Positions 24,557-36,334 of a stretch of 64,000 nucleotides of DNA are shown piece by piece. Origin of the DNA: Centroscyllium fabricii (taxonomy: Eukaryota). The notes under the pieces were generated by a model that saw nothing but the letters and a program-made list of their open reading frames with translations, was not told the origin of the DNA and did no database searches. Position 1 is the stretch's first letter. Each line of letters starts with the position of its first letter. The translations under genes and the position numbers were made by a program. The stretch is from assembly GCA_051313645.2 (NCBI GenBank), contig JBNRSN020000003.1, forward strand, positions 323,268,001-323,332,000, read 5' to 3'.

Positions 24557-27513
24557 AACTGCACACTTATCCATCAGACCAGGCAATTGCAATGGCCCAA
24601 TCTTCACTTAATACTAGAATCTCGGGCTTCTGTATTGTGGACTTAACCCTTAATGGGCGCCTGTATCCCTCCACCCGTCTCTCAGTCCTTAACGATCTAT
24701 GTAGTGATATCATTCTGGGACTAGATTTCCAAAGACAACATAACAAGCTGACCATTGAGTTCGGGGGTTCTAAACCCGGACTCGTTATCTCTAAATCATC
24801 ATCCAAAACGCCATTTTGTGCACTGTCAGCAGCCTCTCTGGACGAACCGTCGTTATTTACCAGCGTTACGCCTCAGTGCAAGCCGATAATAACTAAGTCT
24901 CGGCGCTTTAGTCAGGAGGATCGATCCTTCATTGATACAGAAATCTCTCGACTCCTGGCCGAGGACATCATTGAACCTTGTTCATCGCCTTGGCGGGCTC
25001 AGATCGTCATTGTTAAAAACTCCTTGAAATCTCAGAAGAAACGCCTATGTATCGATTACTCTCAGACCGTTAATCAATATACGGATTTGGATGCTTACCC
25101 ACTGCCACGTATCGATGACATGGTGAATAAACTGGCTGAATATTCACTATTTTCGACTTATGATCTGAAGAGTGCTTACCATCAGGTACCCCTAGGGGCC
25201 TCAGATAAGAAATATACAGCCTTTGAGGCTAACGGACAATTGTATCAATTTTGCCGTCTCCCATTCGGAGTCACCAACGGAGTAGCCGTCTTTCAACGAG
25301 CCATGGATGGCTTAGTGAAGCAAGAAGACTTGAGGGACACTTTCCCTTATCTCGACAATATTACGGTTGCTGGCCATGACCAACAAGAACATGACGACAA
25401 CCTTCGAAGATTTCGGGATGCACTTTATCGTCGCAATCTGATTTTAAATGAAACCAAATCCGTGGAATCACAGCCCACCATTAACATTCTCGGCTACTGT
25501 GTGGGTAATGGCATCATCAAGCCTGATCCTGAAAGACTTCGGCCCCTCCAGGAGCTTCCTCCACCTAACAGTCCTGCTTCCTTGCGTCGGGCCCTCGGCC
25601 TATTTGCCTACTATGCGAAGTGGATTCCTGATTTTTCTGACAAAATTCAACCTTTGTTGAATGCCAGGACATTTCCATTAGGAACAACGGCCATTACAGC
25701 CTCTACTACCCTTAAACAACATTTGAAGACAGCAACCCTCCACTCCATCGATGAGAACCTCCCATTCGTGGTCGAATGTGACGCTTCAGAGGTGGCGATC
25801 TCAGCTACCCTCAATCAGGAAGGTCGCCCTGTAGCTTTCATGTCTAGGACCCTATAGGGTGCCGAAGTGCACTATCCACCGGTGGAAAAAGAAGCCACGG
25901 CCATCATTGAGGCTGTACGAAAATGGAACCATTTTTTAGCTCGCCGACACTTCACGCTGATAACGGACCAGCGATCAGTAGCGTTCATGCTGGACAACCG
26001 CAAAAGAACCAAAGTCAAGAATAATAAAATACAACTGTGGAGGATGGAATTGGCCTCTTTTGGCTATACTATTCACTATCGCCCTGGTAAAGATAATGTG
26101 GCCCCGGACACTCTTACTCGAGCATTCTGCGCTGCTACATCACCCTCCACTCTCGCAGATATTCATGATGGATTATGTCATCCTGGTGTGACACGTATGT
26201 TACATTTTGTACGGTCACGAAATCTCCCATTCTCAACCGGAGACATCAAGTAAATGTGTTCAGAATGCAGAACCTGTGCTGAGCTAAAACCCCACTTTTT
26301 CCGGCCCCCGGCTGGTGTACTTATACATGCGACACAACCAATGCAATGACTGAGCATTGATTTTAAGGGCCCTGTACCCTCGTCCACTAGGAACATATAT
26401 CTGCTTACGATGGTCGACGAATATTCACGTTTCCCATTCGCCTTCCCCTGCCCTAATATGCTGTCTTCCACAGTAATCAATTGTCTCGAGCAGGTATTCG
26501 CGCTCTGTGGCATGCCAGCTTACATCCATTCAGATCGGGGTCCATCTTTCATGTCCACTGAACTTAAGGACTACCTCTCGGAAAGAGGTATCGCGACAAG
26601 CAAAACAACACCATACCACCCCATCGGTAACGGCCAGGTGGAAAGATATAATGGCATCATATGGAACTCTGTACGCCTTGCCCTGAAATCCCAGGGTCTA
26701 CCCAACCAGTAATGGGAGATGGTGTTACCAGATGCATTGCACTCCATACGGTCCTTGCTTTCCACAGCCACGAACACGACGCCTCATGAACGGTTCTTCA
26801 GTTTCCAGCGTCGCTCATCGTATGGAGCATCACTCCCTTCATGGCTGACCACTCCAGGGCCCGTATTGCTCAGAAGATATGTCCGAACTTCCAAGCATGA
26901 CCCTCTTGTGGACGAGGTAGAACTAACTGAGGTCAACCCCAACTACGCTCACATACGACACCCTGACGGACGAGAGTCTACAGTATCGTTGCGGGACCTG
27001 GCACCCTGCCCATCAGGACCTAGAGGGTCATCTAGGGATAATACCCTACCGGGAAACTCCAGAGAACCACTGGGTACCACTCTTCAGGACCCCGATCAGG
27101 CACCAATTACCTTTGAGCCGGTAGGATCACGCACTCGGAGCTTCGACTCACCTGGTACCTCATTCCAGGATGCTGATCAATCCTCAACTGACACGGAGCC
27201 CATAGGGGCTCGTACGCGGAGTCATGATCCTCCCTGTGCCCCACGCCAAAATGCCAATGGGCCATCGACAAGCTTGGTACCTTCTCCCGACCAAGGGCAG
27301 ATCAACTCTGAACCTATTGGATCTCGCACACGGAGCCATGATTTCCACAACCCATCGCCGGGTAATCCAGGCCATGTTGGATTTGACCCAGATTCGAAGA
27401 CCCGCAAACGGCCCAGTAACTCAGACATTGACCATCAAAACACTCTACCAACCCAAGAGAACGAACTTAAACGTATGCGGCTCCTCCTCGTACATCTACT
27501 TCAGAATATTTGA
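24553..27513 (+). pseudogene. pol: Gypsy Pol (RT, RNase H, integrase) with four in-frame stops
   Basis: IDYSQTVN, YLDNI, VECDASE, HHCC, VDEYSR, HSDRG and NGQVER; stops near 25855, 26251, 26347 and 26710. Confidence 0.93.
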
Positions 27514-30500
27514 TTTCTGCCTCATAATCTTCTAGGAGGGAAGAATGTAATGATATTGAGACTTCCGGCAGGAAGTCGGATGAACTCTGCTTATGAACTT
27601 CCAGTGACATCACTTCCTGTACATGTCACTTCCTGTGTAGTAGTATAAATTCTGCTGCTGTTCAGTCTGAGATAATGCTTCCCTATGTAAATATGTTAAA
27701 ACTCTCAACTCTGTAAATAGCTGATTAAAGCTTTGCTTAAAGTATTTGATGTGTAAGTCGCTTTTGTCACATCAGTGTACCTGACCTGAGAATACTCAAC
27801 AGTTACGGAAATTACTGAGGTGTACCTGAGCTGAGAATACTCAACACAGTTCCTGAAATTGCTGAGGTGAGCCTGACCTGAGAATACTCAACACAATTAC
27901 TGAAATTGCTGAGGTGTACCTGACCTGAGAATACTCAACACAGTTATGGAAATTATTGAGTTGTACCTCACCTGAGAGTGCTCAACACATTTACTGAAAT
28001 TACTGAGGTGTGCCTGACCTGAGAATACTCAACACAGTTACTGTAATTACTGAGGTGTACCTGACCTGAGAATAATCAACAGTTACTGAAATTACTGAGG
28101 TGTACCTGACCTGAGAGTACTCAACACAGTTACTGAGATTACTGAGGATAGCCTGACCTGAGAATACTCAACACCATTACTGATATTACTGAGGTGTGCC
28201 TGACCTGAGAGTACTCAACATAGTTACTGAAATTACTGAGGCGTGCCTGACCTGAGAATACTCAACAGTTACGGAAATTACTGAGGTTTACCTGACCTGA
28301 GAATAATCAGCACAGTTACTGAAATTACTGAGGTGTACCTGACCTGAGAATACTCAACATAGATACTGAAATTACTGAGGTGTGCATGACCTGAGAATAC
28401 TCAACACAGTTACTGAAATTACTGAGGTGTGCCTGACCTGAGAATACTCAACACAATTACTGAAATTACTGAGGTGTGCCTGACCTGAGAATACTCAACA
28501 CAGTTACTGTAATTACTGAGGTGTACCTGACCTGAGTGTACTCAACACAGTTACTGAAATTACTGAGTTGTACCTGACCTGACAATACTCAACACAATTA
28601 CTGAAATTACTGAGGTGTGCATGAGCTGAGAATACTCAACACAGTTACTGAAATTACTGAGGTGTACTTGACCTGAGAATACTCAACACAGTTACTGAAA
28701 TTACTGAGATGTACCTGACCTGAGAATAATCAACAGTTACTTAAATTACTGAGGTGTACCTCACCTGAGAGTACTCAACACAGTTACTGAGATTACTGAG
28801 GAGAGCCTGACCTGAGAATACTCAACACCATTACTGAAATTACTGAGGTGTACCTGACCTGAGTGTACTCAACACAGTTACTAAAATTGCTGAGGTGTAC
28901 CTGGCCTGAGAATACTCAACAGTTGCGGAAATTACTGAGGTGTACCTGAGGTGAGAATACTCAACACAGTTACTGAAATTGCTGAGGTGATCCTGACCTG
29001 AGAATACTCAACACAATTACTGAAATTGCTGAGGTGTACCTGACCTGAGAATACTCAACAGAGTTACAGAAATTACTGAGGTGTACCTGACCTGAGAATA
29101 CTCAACACAGTTACTGAAGTTACTGAGGTGTACCTGACCTGAGAGTATTCAACACTGTTACTGAAATTACTGAGTTATACCTGACCTGAGAATACTCAAC
29201 ACAGTTACTGAAATTACTGAGATATACCTGACCTGAGAACACTCAACACAGTTACTGAAATTACTGAGGTGTACCTGACCTGATAATAATCAACAGTTAC
29301 TGAAATTACTGAGGTGTACCTGACCTGAGAGTACTCAACACAGTTACTGAAATTACTGCGGTATGCATGACCTGAGAATACTCAACACAGTTACTGAAAT
29401 TACTGAGATGTGCCTGACCCGAGAATACTCAATACAGATACCGAAATTACTGAGGTGTACCTGACCTGAGAGTACTCAACACAGTTACTGAAATTACTGA
29501 GGTGTACTTGACCTGAATATACTCAACACAGTTACTGAAATTACTGAGATATACCTGACCTGAGAGTACTCAACATAGTTAATGAAATTACTGAGGTGTG
29601 CATGACCTGAGAATATTCAACACAGTTACTGAAATTATTGAGGTGTGCCTGACCTGAGAATAATTAGCACAGTTACTGAAATTACTGAGTTGTTCCCGAT
29701 CTGAGAATAATCAACACAATTATTGAAATTACTGAGGTGTGCATGACCTGAGAATACTCAACACAATTACTGAAATTACTGAGGTGTGCATGACCTGAGA
29801 ATACTCACCACAGTTACTGAAATTACTGAGGTGTACCTGACCTGAGAATAATCAACACAATTACTGAAATTACTGAGGTGTACTTGACCTGAAAATACTC
29901 AAATTACTGAAATTACTGAAGTGTACCTGACCTGAGAGTACGCAACACAGTTACTGAAATTACTGAGATGTGCCTGACCCAAGAATACTCAACACAGATA
30001 CTGAAATTACTGAGTTGTACTTGACCTGAAAATACCCAACAGTTACTGAAATTACTGAAGTGTACCTGACCTGAGAGTACTCAACACAGTTACTGAAATT
30101 ACTGAAGTGTACCTGACCTGAGAATACTCAACACAGTTATTTACTGAGTTGTACCTGACCTGAGAATACTCAACACAGTTACTGAAATTACTGAGATATA
30201 CCTGACCTGAGAATACTCAAGACAGTTACTGAAATAAATGAGGTGTACCTGACCTGAGAATAATCAACAGTTACTGAAATTACTGAGGTGTACCTGACCA
30301 GAGAGTACTCAACACAGTTACTGAAATTACTGAGTTGTTCCTGATCTGAGAATACTCAACACAATTACTGAAATTACTGAGGTGTAACTGACCCGAGAAT
30401 ACTCAACACAATTTACTGAAATTACTGAGGTGTACCTGACCTGAGAGTACTCAACAGAGTTACTGAAATTACTGAGGTGTGCCTGACCTGAGAATACTCA

Positions 30501-32165
30501 ACACAGTTACTGAAATTACTGAGATATACCTGACCTGAGAATATTCAAGACAGTTACTGAAATTACTGAGGTGTACCTGACCTGAGAATAATCAACAGTT
30601 ACTGAAATTACTGAGGTGTACCTGACCAGAGAGTACTCAACACAGTTACTGAAATTACTGAGTTGTTCCTGATCTGAGAATACTCAACACAATTACTGAA
30701 ATTACTGAGGTGTAACTGACCCGAGAATACTCAACACAATTTACTGAAATTACTGAGGTGTACCTGACCTGAGAGTACTCAACAGAGTTACTGAAATTAC
30801 TGAGGTGTGCCTGACCTGAGAATATTCAACACATTTACTGAAATTACTGACGTGTACCTGACCTGAGAGTACTCAACACATTTACTGATATTAATGTGGT
30901 GTACCTGACCTGAGAATACTCAACACAGTTACTGAAATTACTGAGGTGTACCTGCCCTGAGAGTACTCAACACAGTTACTGAAATTACTGAGGTGTGCCT
31001 GAACTGAGAATCATCAGCACAGTTACTGAAATTACTGAGGTGTACCTGACCTGAGAATTCTCAACACAGTTACTGAAATTACTGAGGTGTGCCTGACCTG
31101 AGAATACTCAACAGTTACGGAAATTACTGAGTTTCACCTGCCCTGAGAGTACTCAACACAGTTACTGAAATTACTGAGATGTGCCTGACCTGAGAATACT
31201 CAACACAATTACTGACGTGTACCTGACCTGAGAGTACTCAACACAGTTACTGATATTAATGTGGTGTACCTGACCTGAGAATACTCAACACAGTTACTGA
31301 AATTACTGAGGTGTGCCTGACCTGAGAATACTCAACACAGTTGCTGAAATTACTGACGTGTACCTGACCTGAGAGTACTCAACACAGTTACTGATATTAA
31401 TGTGGTGTACCTGACCTGAGAGTACTCAACACAGTTACTGAAATTACTGAGATATACCTGACCTGAGAATTCTCAACACAGTTACTGATATTAATGTGGT
31501 GTGCCTGACCTGAGAATCATCAGCACAGTTACTGAAATTACTGAGGTGTACCTGACCAGAGAGTACTCAACACAGTTACTGAAATTACTGAGGTGTGCAT
31601 GACCTGAGAATACTCAACACAGTTACTGATATTAATGTGGTGTACCTGACCTGAGAATACTCAACACAGTTACTGAAATTACTGAGGTGTGCCTGACCTG
31701 AGAATACTCAACAGTTACGGAAATTACTGAGGTTTACCTGACCTGAGAATACTCAACACGGTTACTGAAATTACTGAGTTGTGCCTGACCTGGGAGCAGT
31801 CTCGCCTCTGAGTCAGAAGGCCATGAGTTAAAGTCCCACTCCGCAGACTTGGAGCTCATCATCCGACAACTCAGTGCAGTACTGAGGGCGTCCTGCACTG
31901 TCGGAGGTGCCGTCTTTCAGATGAGGTGTTAAACTGAGGCCCCTTTTGCCCTTTCAAGTGGACGTAAAAGATCCGATGGCACTATTTTGAAGAAAAGCAG
32001 AGTGTTCTCCCCAGTGTCCCCTTGGCCAATCTTTATCCTTCGTTCAACATCACCACAACCGATGATCTGGTCATTATCACGTTGCTGTTTGTGGGAACTT
32101 GCTGTGCACAAATTAGCTGCCATTTTTCCCACATTACAACAGTGACTACACTTCAAATGTACTTC

Positions 32166-33023
32166 TGGTGGTAAACCACAATACGGTTTACCACCACGTA
32201 TCCACTGTGTATATAATTACCTTGTTATTCAATTCAATTCAATTCAATTCAATTCAAGTAGCTTTATTGGCATGAATGGTATCAACCTTTGTTGCCAAAG
32301 CATTTACATACATAAAAATACATTTGTCGAACATTGTAACATACATATAAATAATACATTTTTAGATGTAATAGCAACAGTACTAACAGAGTATATACAA
32401 CCGCATCCGTAGTAATATCAGTAGATGCATAGCTTAAATGCAGTTTCAAACAATATCACAGTCAATGTTGGTCATTTTCCGCCTGTGTGTGCGTGCATGT
32501 TGGTCATTCATTGTCCCTCAGGTTGTGGCATGCTGTTACGTATTGTGCACCGAGCTGTGCCCTGTCTCTTTCGCCAAGGATTATTTTTAGTTTTAAGGTA
32601 TCATCTAATTTTTTGAAATCTGGGATTTCTAGGCCCAGTTTGTCAAAGTATGATTTCCTTGTTTTTTCAAATTTTTTGCAATTTAGGAGGAAGTGCATCT
32701 CTGTTTCAACCTCATCCGTCAAGCAGTGACCGCATATTCTATCTTCTCTTGGCTGCCAGGATTTCTTCTGTCTATTCACTGTCTATTCACTGTTTGTATA
32801 TAGTTACTTGCAATACCGTTCGCCACCACTGTTTGTAACCTCGGTTCTCAGAGGCCGCGGTCAGTGCTGGCTCCACCCACATTCCGTGTATAAAGCCAGC
32901 GGCTGCTGAGCTTTCCCCATTTTCCCCTGGACTCGACTGTGGAAGGAGTCGGGCTCAAATCACTGCTAATAAAAGCCTTAGTTGAACCTCAACCAGTCTT
33001 TGAGTTTAATTGGTCGTGCATCA
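32166..33023 (+). mobile_element. Solo LTR, itself interrupted by a LINE 3' end
   Basis: TGGTGGTAAACC...TATAAA...AATAAAAGCC...GCATCA; TSD (A)CTTC. Confidence 0.82.
32226..32780 (-). mobile_element. 3' end of a non-CR1 LINE with a C-terminal CCHC zinc finger and (TTGAA)n tail (possibly RTEX-like)
   Basis: ORF 32504..32779 RICGHC...EVETEMHFLLNC; 3' UTR ends CCAATAAAGC..(TTGAA)n; TATTCA at both junctions. Clade assignment uncertain. Confidence 0.7.
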
Positions 33024-34014
33024 CTTCACTGGCTGTAAGACACTTTGGGACATCCTGAGGTGGTGAAAGGTGCTATACAAATGCAAGACTTTCTTTCTTT
33101 CTTCCTTTGACCTGAAAATTCTCAACACTGACACTGACAAAGAAATTCAGCAGGAGGTTAGCAGTGGTGCTACCGGGTATTGCCCGCTCTTCTGTGCGCG
33201 CAGATCACAACGTCATCTCCAGGCGCAGTGCCCCGGTAGCGCTTCGGGAGAAAAATTACCCCTGCGCGCCCCGCAGCAGCGGCAGGCGATGTTACTGACT
33301 GCTGCAGGGGTCGCGAACAGCGCGGCCGGCCGCTCACGGGGCGCCAATTGAAGGCACGGTGGCTGGCCGACAGGGAAAAGAATTGCCAATTTAAAAATTA
33401 AATTTCTGAGCACCGGACATGGGCTGGAGCACTCCCGCACCCTGGTGCTCCAGCCGATGCCCAAAAAAATATGTAGAGCTTGCAGCGGGGTGCCCCGCCC
33501 TTTAATTGAGGGAAGACCCCCCCTGCAATGCGGCAGTGGGTCTGCTGAGCAAATCGCCCCAGATCAGGACATTTCCTGCCTCTTGCGCTCCAAGCGGCAA
33601 GTGGAGCGCTTGATTTAATGCTCCACTTCCCTCTTGGAGCAAAAAATGGGAATTTAACTAATATCTGAATGGTTAGCGCCTGGCGCCAAGTTTTCAACCA
33701 TTTTTGACTAAGTGCCCTGACGTATCGTCAATTTGTCTTAATAAAAGACTAGACGAGTAGTTACCATAACTATAGGCTTTTATTAACTTACTTTGGAGCT
33801 ACCCTCCGAACGAACATCAGAACAGAATGAGGGAGCCCCGGTCAGTCCTCACCTATAAAGGCCTCACCTGGGGGAGGAGTTAGAGGTGTGGCTGACCTGG
33901 CTCCACGACAGTGTTACAAAGCGGTGTATCATACAAAGCCAATGTTGGCGACAATATTACAGTGGTAATCGTATATACAATATGGGTTACCACATTCACC
34001 CCTTCTTGAAAATT

Positions 34015-36300
34015 TTAAGTCCGGCGGGGTGAATGGACAGAGCAGTTAATTATGAGCTTGTCCGGCGGTCGTGTCAGCCTGGAGGACTGCCGGGGCTCCG
34101 ATAAAGGTTCGCCGTGTTCCGTACTGCTCGAGTCCGGTGGTGGTGACAGTGGCTCTGGTGCCGTGATTTCGGATGCTGGTGGTCTCAATTGGTCCGAGCC
34201 ATCGGAATGGTGGTCTTGGGCTGGCCACGGCTGGGGCTCTGGAAACCTCGGAGGCCATCGTAGATGTAGGGGGTGTTCTAGATACTGTGGCTGGGCGGGC
34301 TGCTGCCCGACCAGGGGCTCTGCTGTGGTGCTCCCGGCAGACGCCAGGTCCCTGATGGATACGGTGTCCTCGCGCCCATCCGGGAACTGCACGAAGGCAT
34401 ATTGCGGATTCGCATGCAGGAGCTGCACCTTGTCCACCAGGGGGTCGGTCTTGTGGCCACGGACGTGTCTCCTAAGGAAGACCGGCCCCAGTGTCGTGAG
34501 CCATGGAGGAAGAGCTGTCCCCGAAGTCGACTTCCTGGGGAAGGAAAAAATCAAGTCATGAGGGGTGGTGTTAGTGGCTGTGCACAGGAGAGAGCGTATT
34601 GAATGCAGCGCGTCTGGGAGGACTGCCTGCCAATGGGCCACTGGAAGGCCTCTGGATTTCAGAGCCAGGGTGACCGCCTTCCAGATGATCCCAGTCTCCC
34701 TTTCTACCTGGCCGTTCCCCCAGGGGTTATAACTGGTCGTTCTGCTCATGGCAACCCCTTTCTGGAGCAGAAACTGACGCAGTTCATCGCTCATGAATGA
34801 TGACCCTCGGTCGCTATGGATGTAGCTGGGGAGACCGAAAATGGCGAACTGCGTGGTGAAGTGTTTTATCATCGTTGCGCTCGTCATATCTGCGCAGGGG
34901 AAGGCGAAGGGGAAGCGGGAGAACTCATCTACGACCGTGAGGAAGTATGAGTTGCGGTCGGTGGTGGGGAGGGGGCCATTGAAGTCCACGCTTAGACGTT
35001 CAAAGGGGCGGGTGGCCTTAATGAGGTGCACCGTGTCTGGCCGGAAAAATTGGGGTTTGCACTCGGCGCAAACAGGGCACTCTCGGGTCATAGCCTTGAT
35101 CTCCGTGATGGAGTAGGCGAGTCTGGTGACACCCGGGTGGCAAAGGCGGTCGTGGAGGTCCTTCAGCCGGTCTAGCTGGGCACTGGCGCACGTTCCCCTG
35201 GACAGTGCGTCCGGGGGTTCATTGAGTTTACCTGGTCGGTAAAGAATGTCATACTCGTAAGTCGAGTGTTCGATCCGCCACCGCAGGATCTTATCATTCT
35301 TGATCTTACCCTTCTGTTTATTATTAAACATAAACGCCACCGACCGTTGGTCGGTGAGAAGGGTAAAACGCTTACCGGCCAGGTAATGACGCCAGTAGCG
35401 CACGGCCTCCACGATGGGTTGGGCCTCCTTTTCCACTGCAGAGTGGCGAGCTTCGGGTCCCTGTAGGGTGCGGGAGAAAAACGCTACGGGCCTGCCTGCC
35501 TGATTCAGGGTGGCAGCAAGGGCAATGTCCGAAGCGTCGCTCTCCACCTGGAAGGGAATGGATTCATCAACAGCGAGCATGGTCGCCTTGATGATGTCTT
35601 CCTTTATCCGGGCGAATGCCGTTTGGGCTTCTACCGAGAGGGGGAAGACGGCAGCCTTGAGGAGTGGTCTAGCCTTATCTGCGAACTGTGGGACCCATTG
35701 TGCGTAGTAGGAGAAAAATCCTAGGCATCTCCTCAAGGCTTTGGGGTTGTGAGGTAGGGGCAGTTCTTGTAGGGGGCGCATACGCTGTGGGTCGGGGACG
35801 AGGACCCCGTCCTCCACCACGTATCCGAGGATGGCGAGCCGGTCTGTATTAAAGACACATTTGTCCTTGTTATACGTAAGGTCCAGCTTATCTGCCGTGT
35901 CAAGGAATTTGGCCAGATTGGCATCGTGGTCCTGCTGGTCGTGGCCGCAGATGGTCACGTTGTCCAGGTAAGGGAAGGTTGCCCGCAAATCGTTCTGGTC
36001 AACCATGTGGTCCATCTCCCATTGGAACACTGACACTCCGTTGGTCATGCCGAAGGGGACCCGGAGGAAGTGGTAGAGCCGACCGTTCGCCTCGAAGGCG
36101 GTGTACGGGCGGTCGGCTTTCCAGATCGGGAGTTGGTGATACGCCGACTTAAGGTCGATCGTGGAGAACACCTTATATTGGCCGATCTGATTGACCATGT
36201 CCGAGATGCGGGGGAGGGGGTAGGCGTCGAGCCCGGTGTAGCGGTTGATAGTCTGGCTGTAATGGATAACCAGCCGCTGTTTCTCGCCAGACTTCACCAC
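34015..36300 (-). CDS. pol: Gypsy Pol RT-RNase H-integrase, open for 761 aa but frameshifted from the upstream protease
   Basis: (D/H)YSQTINRY, YLDNV, VESDASD, HHCC, VDEFSR, HSDRG and NGQVER. Confidence 0.93.
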   Translation of the reverse strand: MVKSGEKQRLVIHYSQTINRYTGLDAYPLPRISDMVNQIGQYKVFSTIDLKSAYHQLPIWKADRPYTAFEANGRLYHFLRVPFGMTNGVSVFQWEMDHMVDQNDLRATFPYLDNVTICGHDQQDHDANLAKFLDTADKLDLTYNKDKCVFNTDRLAILGYVVEDGVLVPDPQRMRPLQELPLPHNPKALRRCLGFFSYYAQWVPQFADKARPLLKAAVFPLSVEAQTAFARIKEDIIKATMLAVDESIPFQVESDASDIALAATLNQAGRPVAFFSRTLQGPEARHSAVEKEAQPIVEAVRYWRHYLAGKRFTLLTDQRSVAFMFNNKQKGKIKNDKILRWRIEHSTYEYDILYRPGKLNEPPDALSRGTCASAQLDRLKDLHDRLCHPGVTRLAYSITEIKAMTRECPVCAECKPQFFRPDTVHLIKATRPFERLSVDFNGPLPTTDRNSYFLTVVDEFSRFPFAFPCADMTSATMIKHFTTQFAIFGLPSYIHSDRGSSFMSDELRQFLLQKGVAMSRTTSYNPWGNGQVERETGIIWKAVTLALKSRGLPVAHWQAVLPDALHSIRSLLCTATNTTPHDLIFSFPRKSTSGTALPPWLTTLGPVFLRRHVRGHKTDPLVDKVQLLHANPQYAFVQFPDGREDTVSIRDLASAGSTTAEPLVGQQPAQPQYLEHPLHLRWPPRFPEPQPWPAQDHHSDGSDQLRPPASEITAPEPLSPPPDSSSTEHGEPLSEPRQSSRLTRPPDKLIINCSVHSPRRT

Positions 36301-36334
36301 TACTACCTGGGCCCGCCAGGGGCTGGTGCTGGCT

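Larger units (their letters stand above)
23161..27774 (+). mobile_element. Full-length Gypsy/Ty3 LTR retrotransposon inserted in the satellite
   Basis: 229-bp LTRs at 23161-23389 and 27546-27774 (TG...CA, one mismatch seen), TSD GTGTA, PPT AGGAGGGAAGAA, gag-PR-RT-RH-IN order. Confidence 0.97.
8430..31792 (+). repeat. 47-bp satellite/minisatellite array, consensus TTACTGAAATTACTGAGGTGTACCTGACCTGAGAATACTCAACACAG, with 45-bp variants; interrupted by four TE insertions
   Basis: Period of 47 read directly (e.g. 8521 to 8568). Blocks at about 8430-10412, 11664-13538, 14770-15499, 21063-23160 and 27775-31792. Confidence 0.97.
31795..33105 (+). mobile_element. SacSINE1-like Deu-SINE split by a solo LTR
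   Basis: SINE body 31795-32165 resumes at about 33024 and ends AAATGCAAGACTTTCTTTCTTTC. Confidence 0.85.

Noticed and set aside
8430-31792. CRISPR-like array (regular repeats with a short dyad)
   Set aside because: Units are contiguous with no unique spacers, there are no cas genes and the context is vertebrate; it is a satellite.
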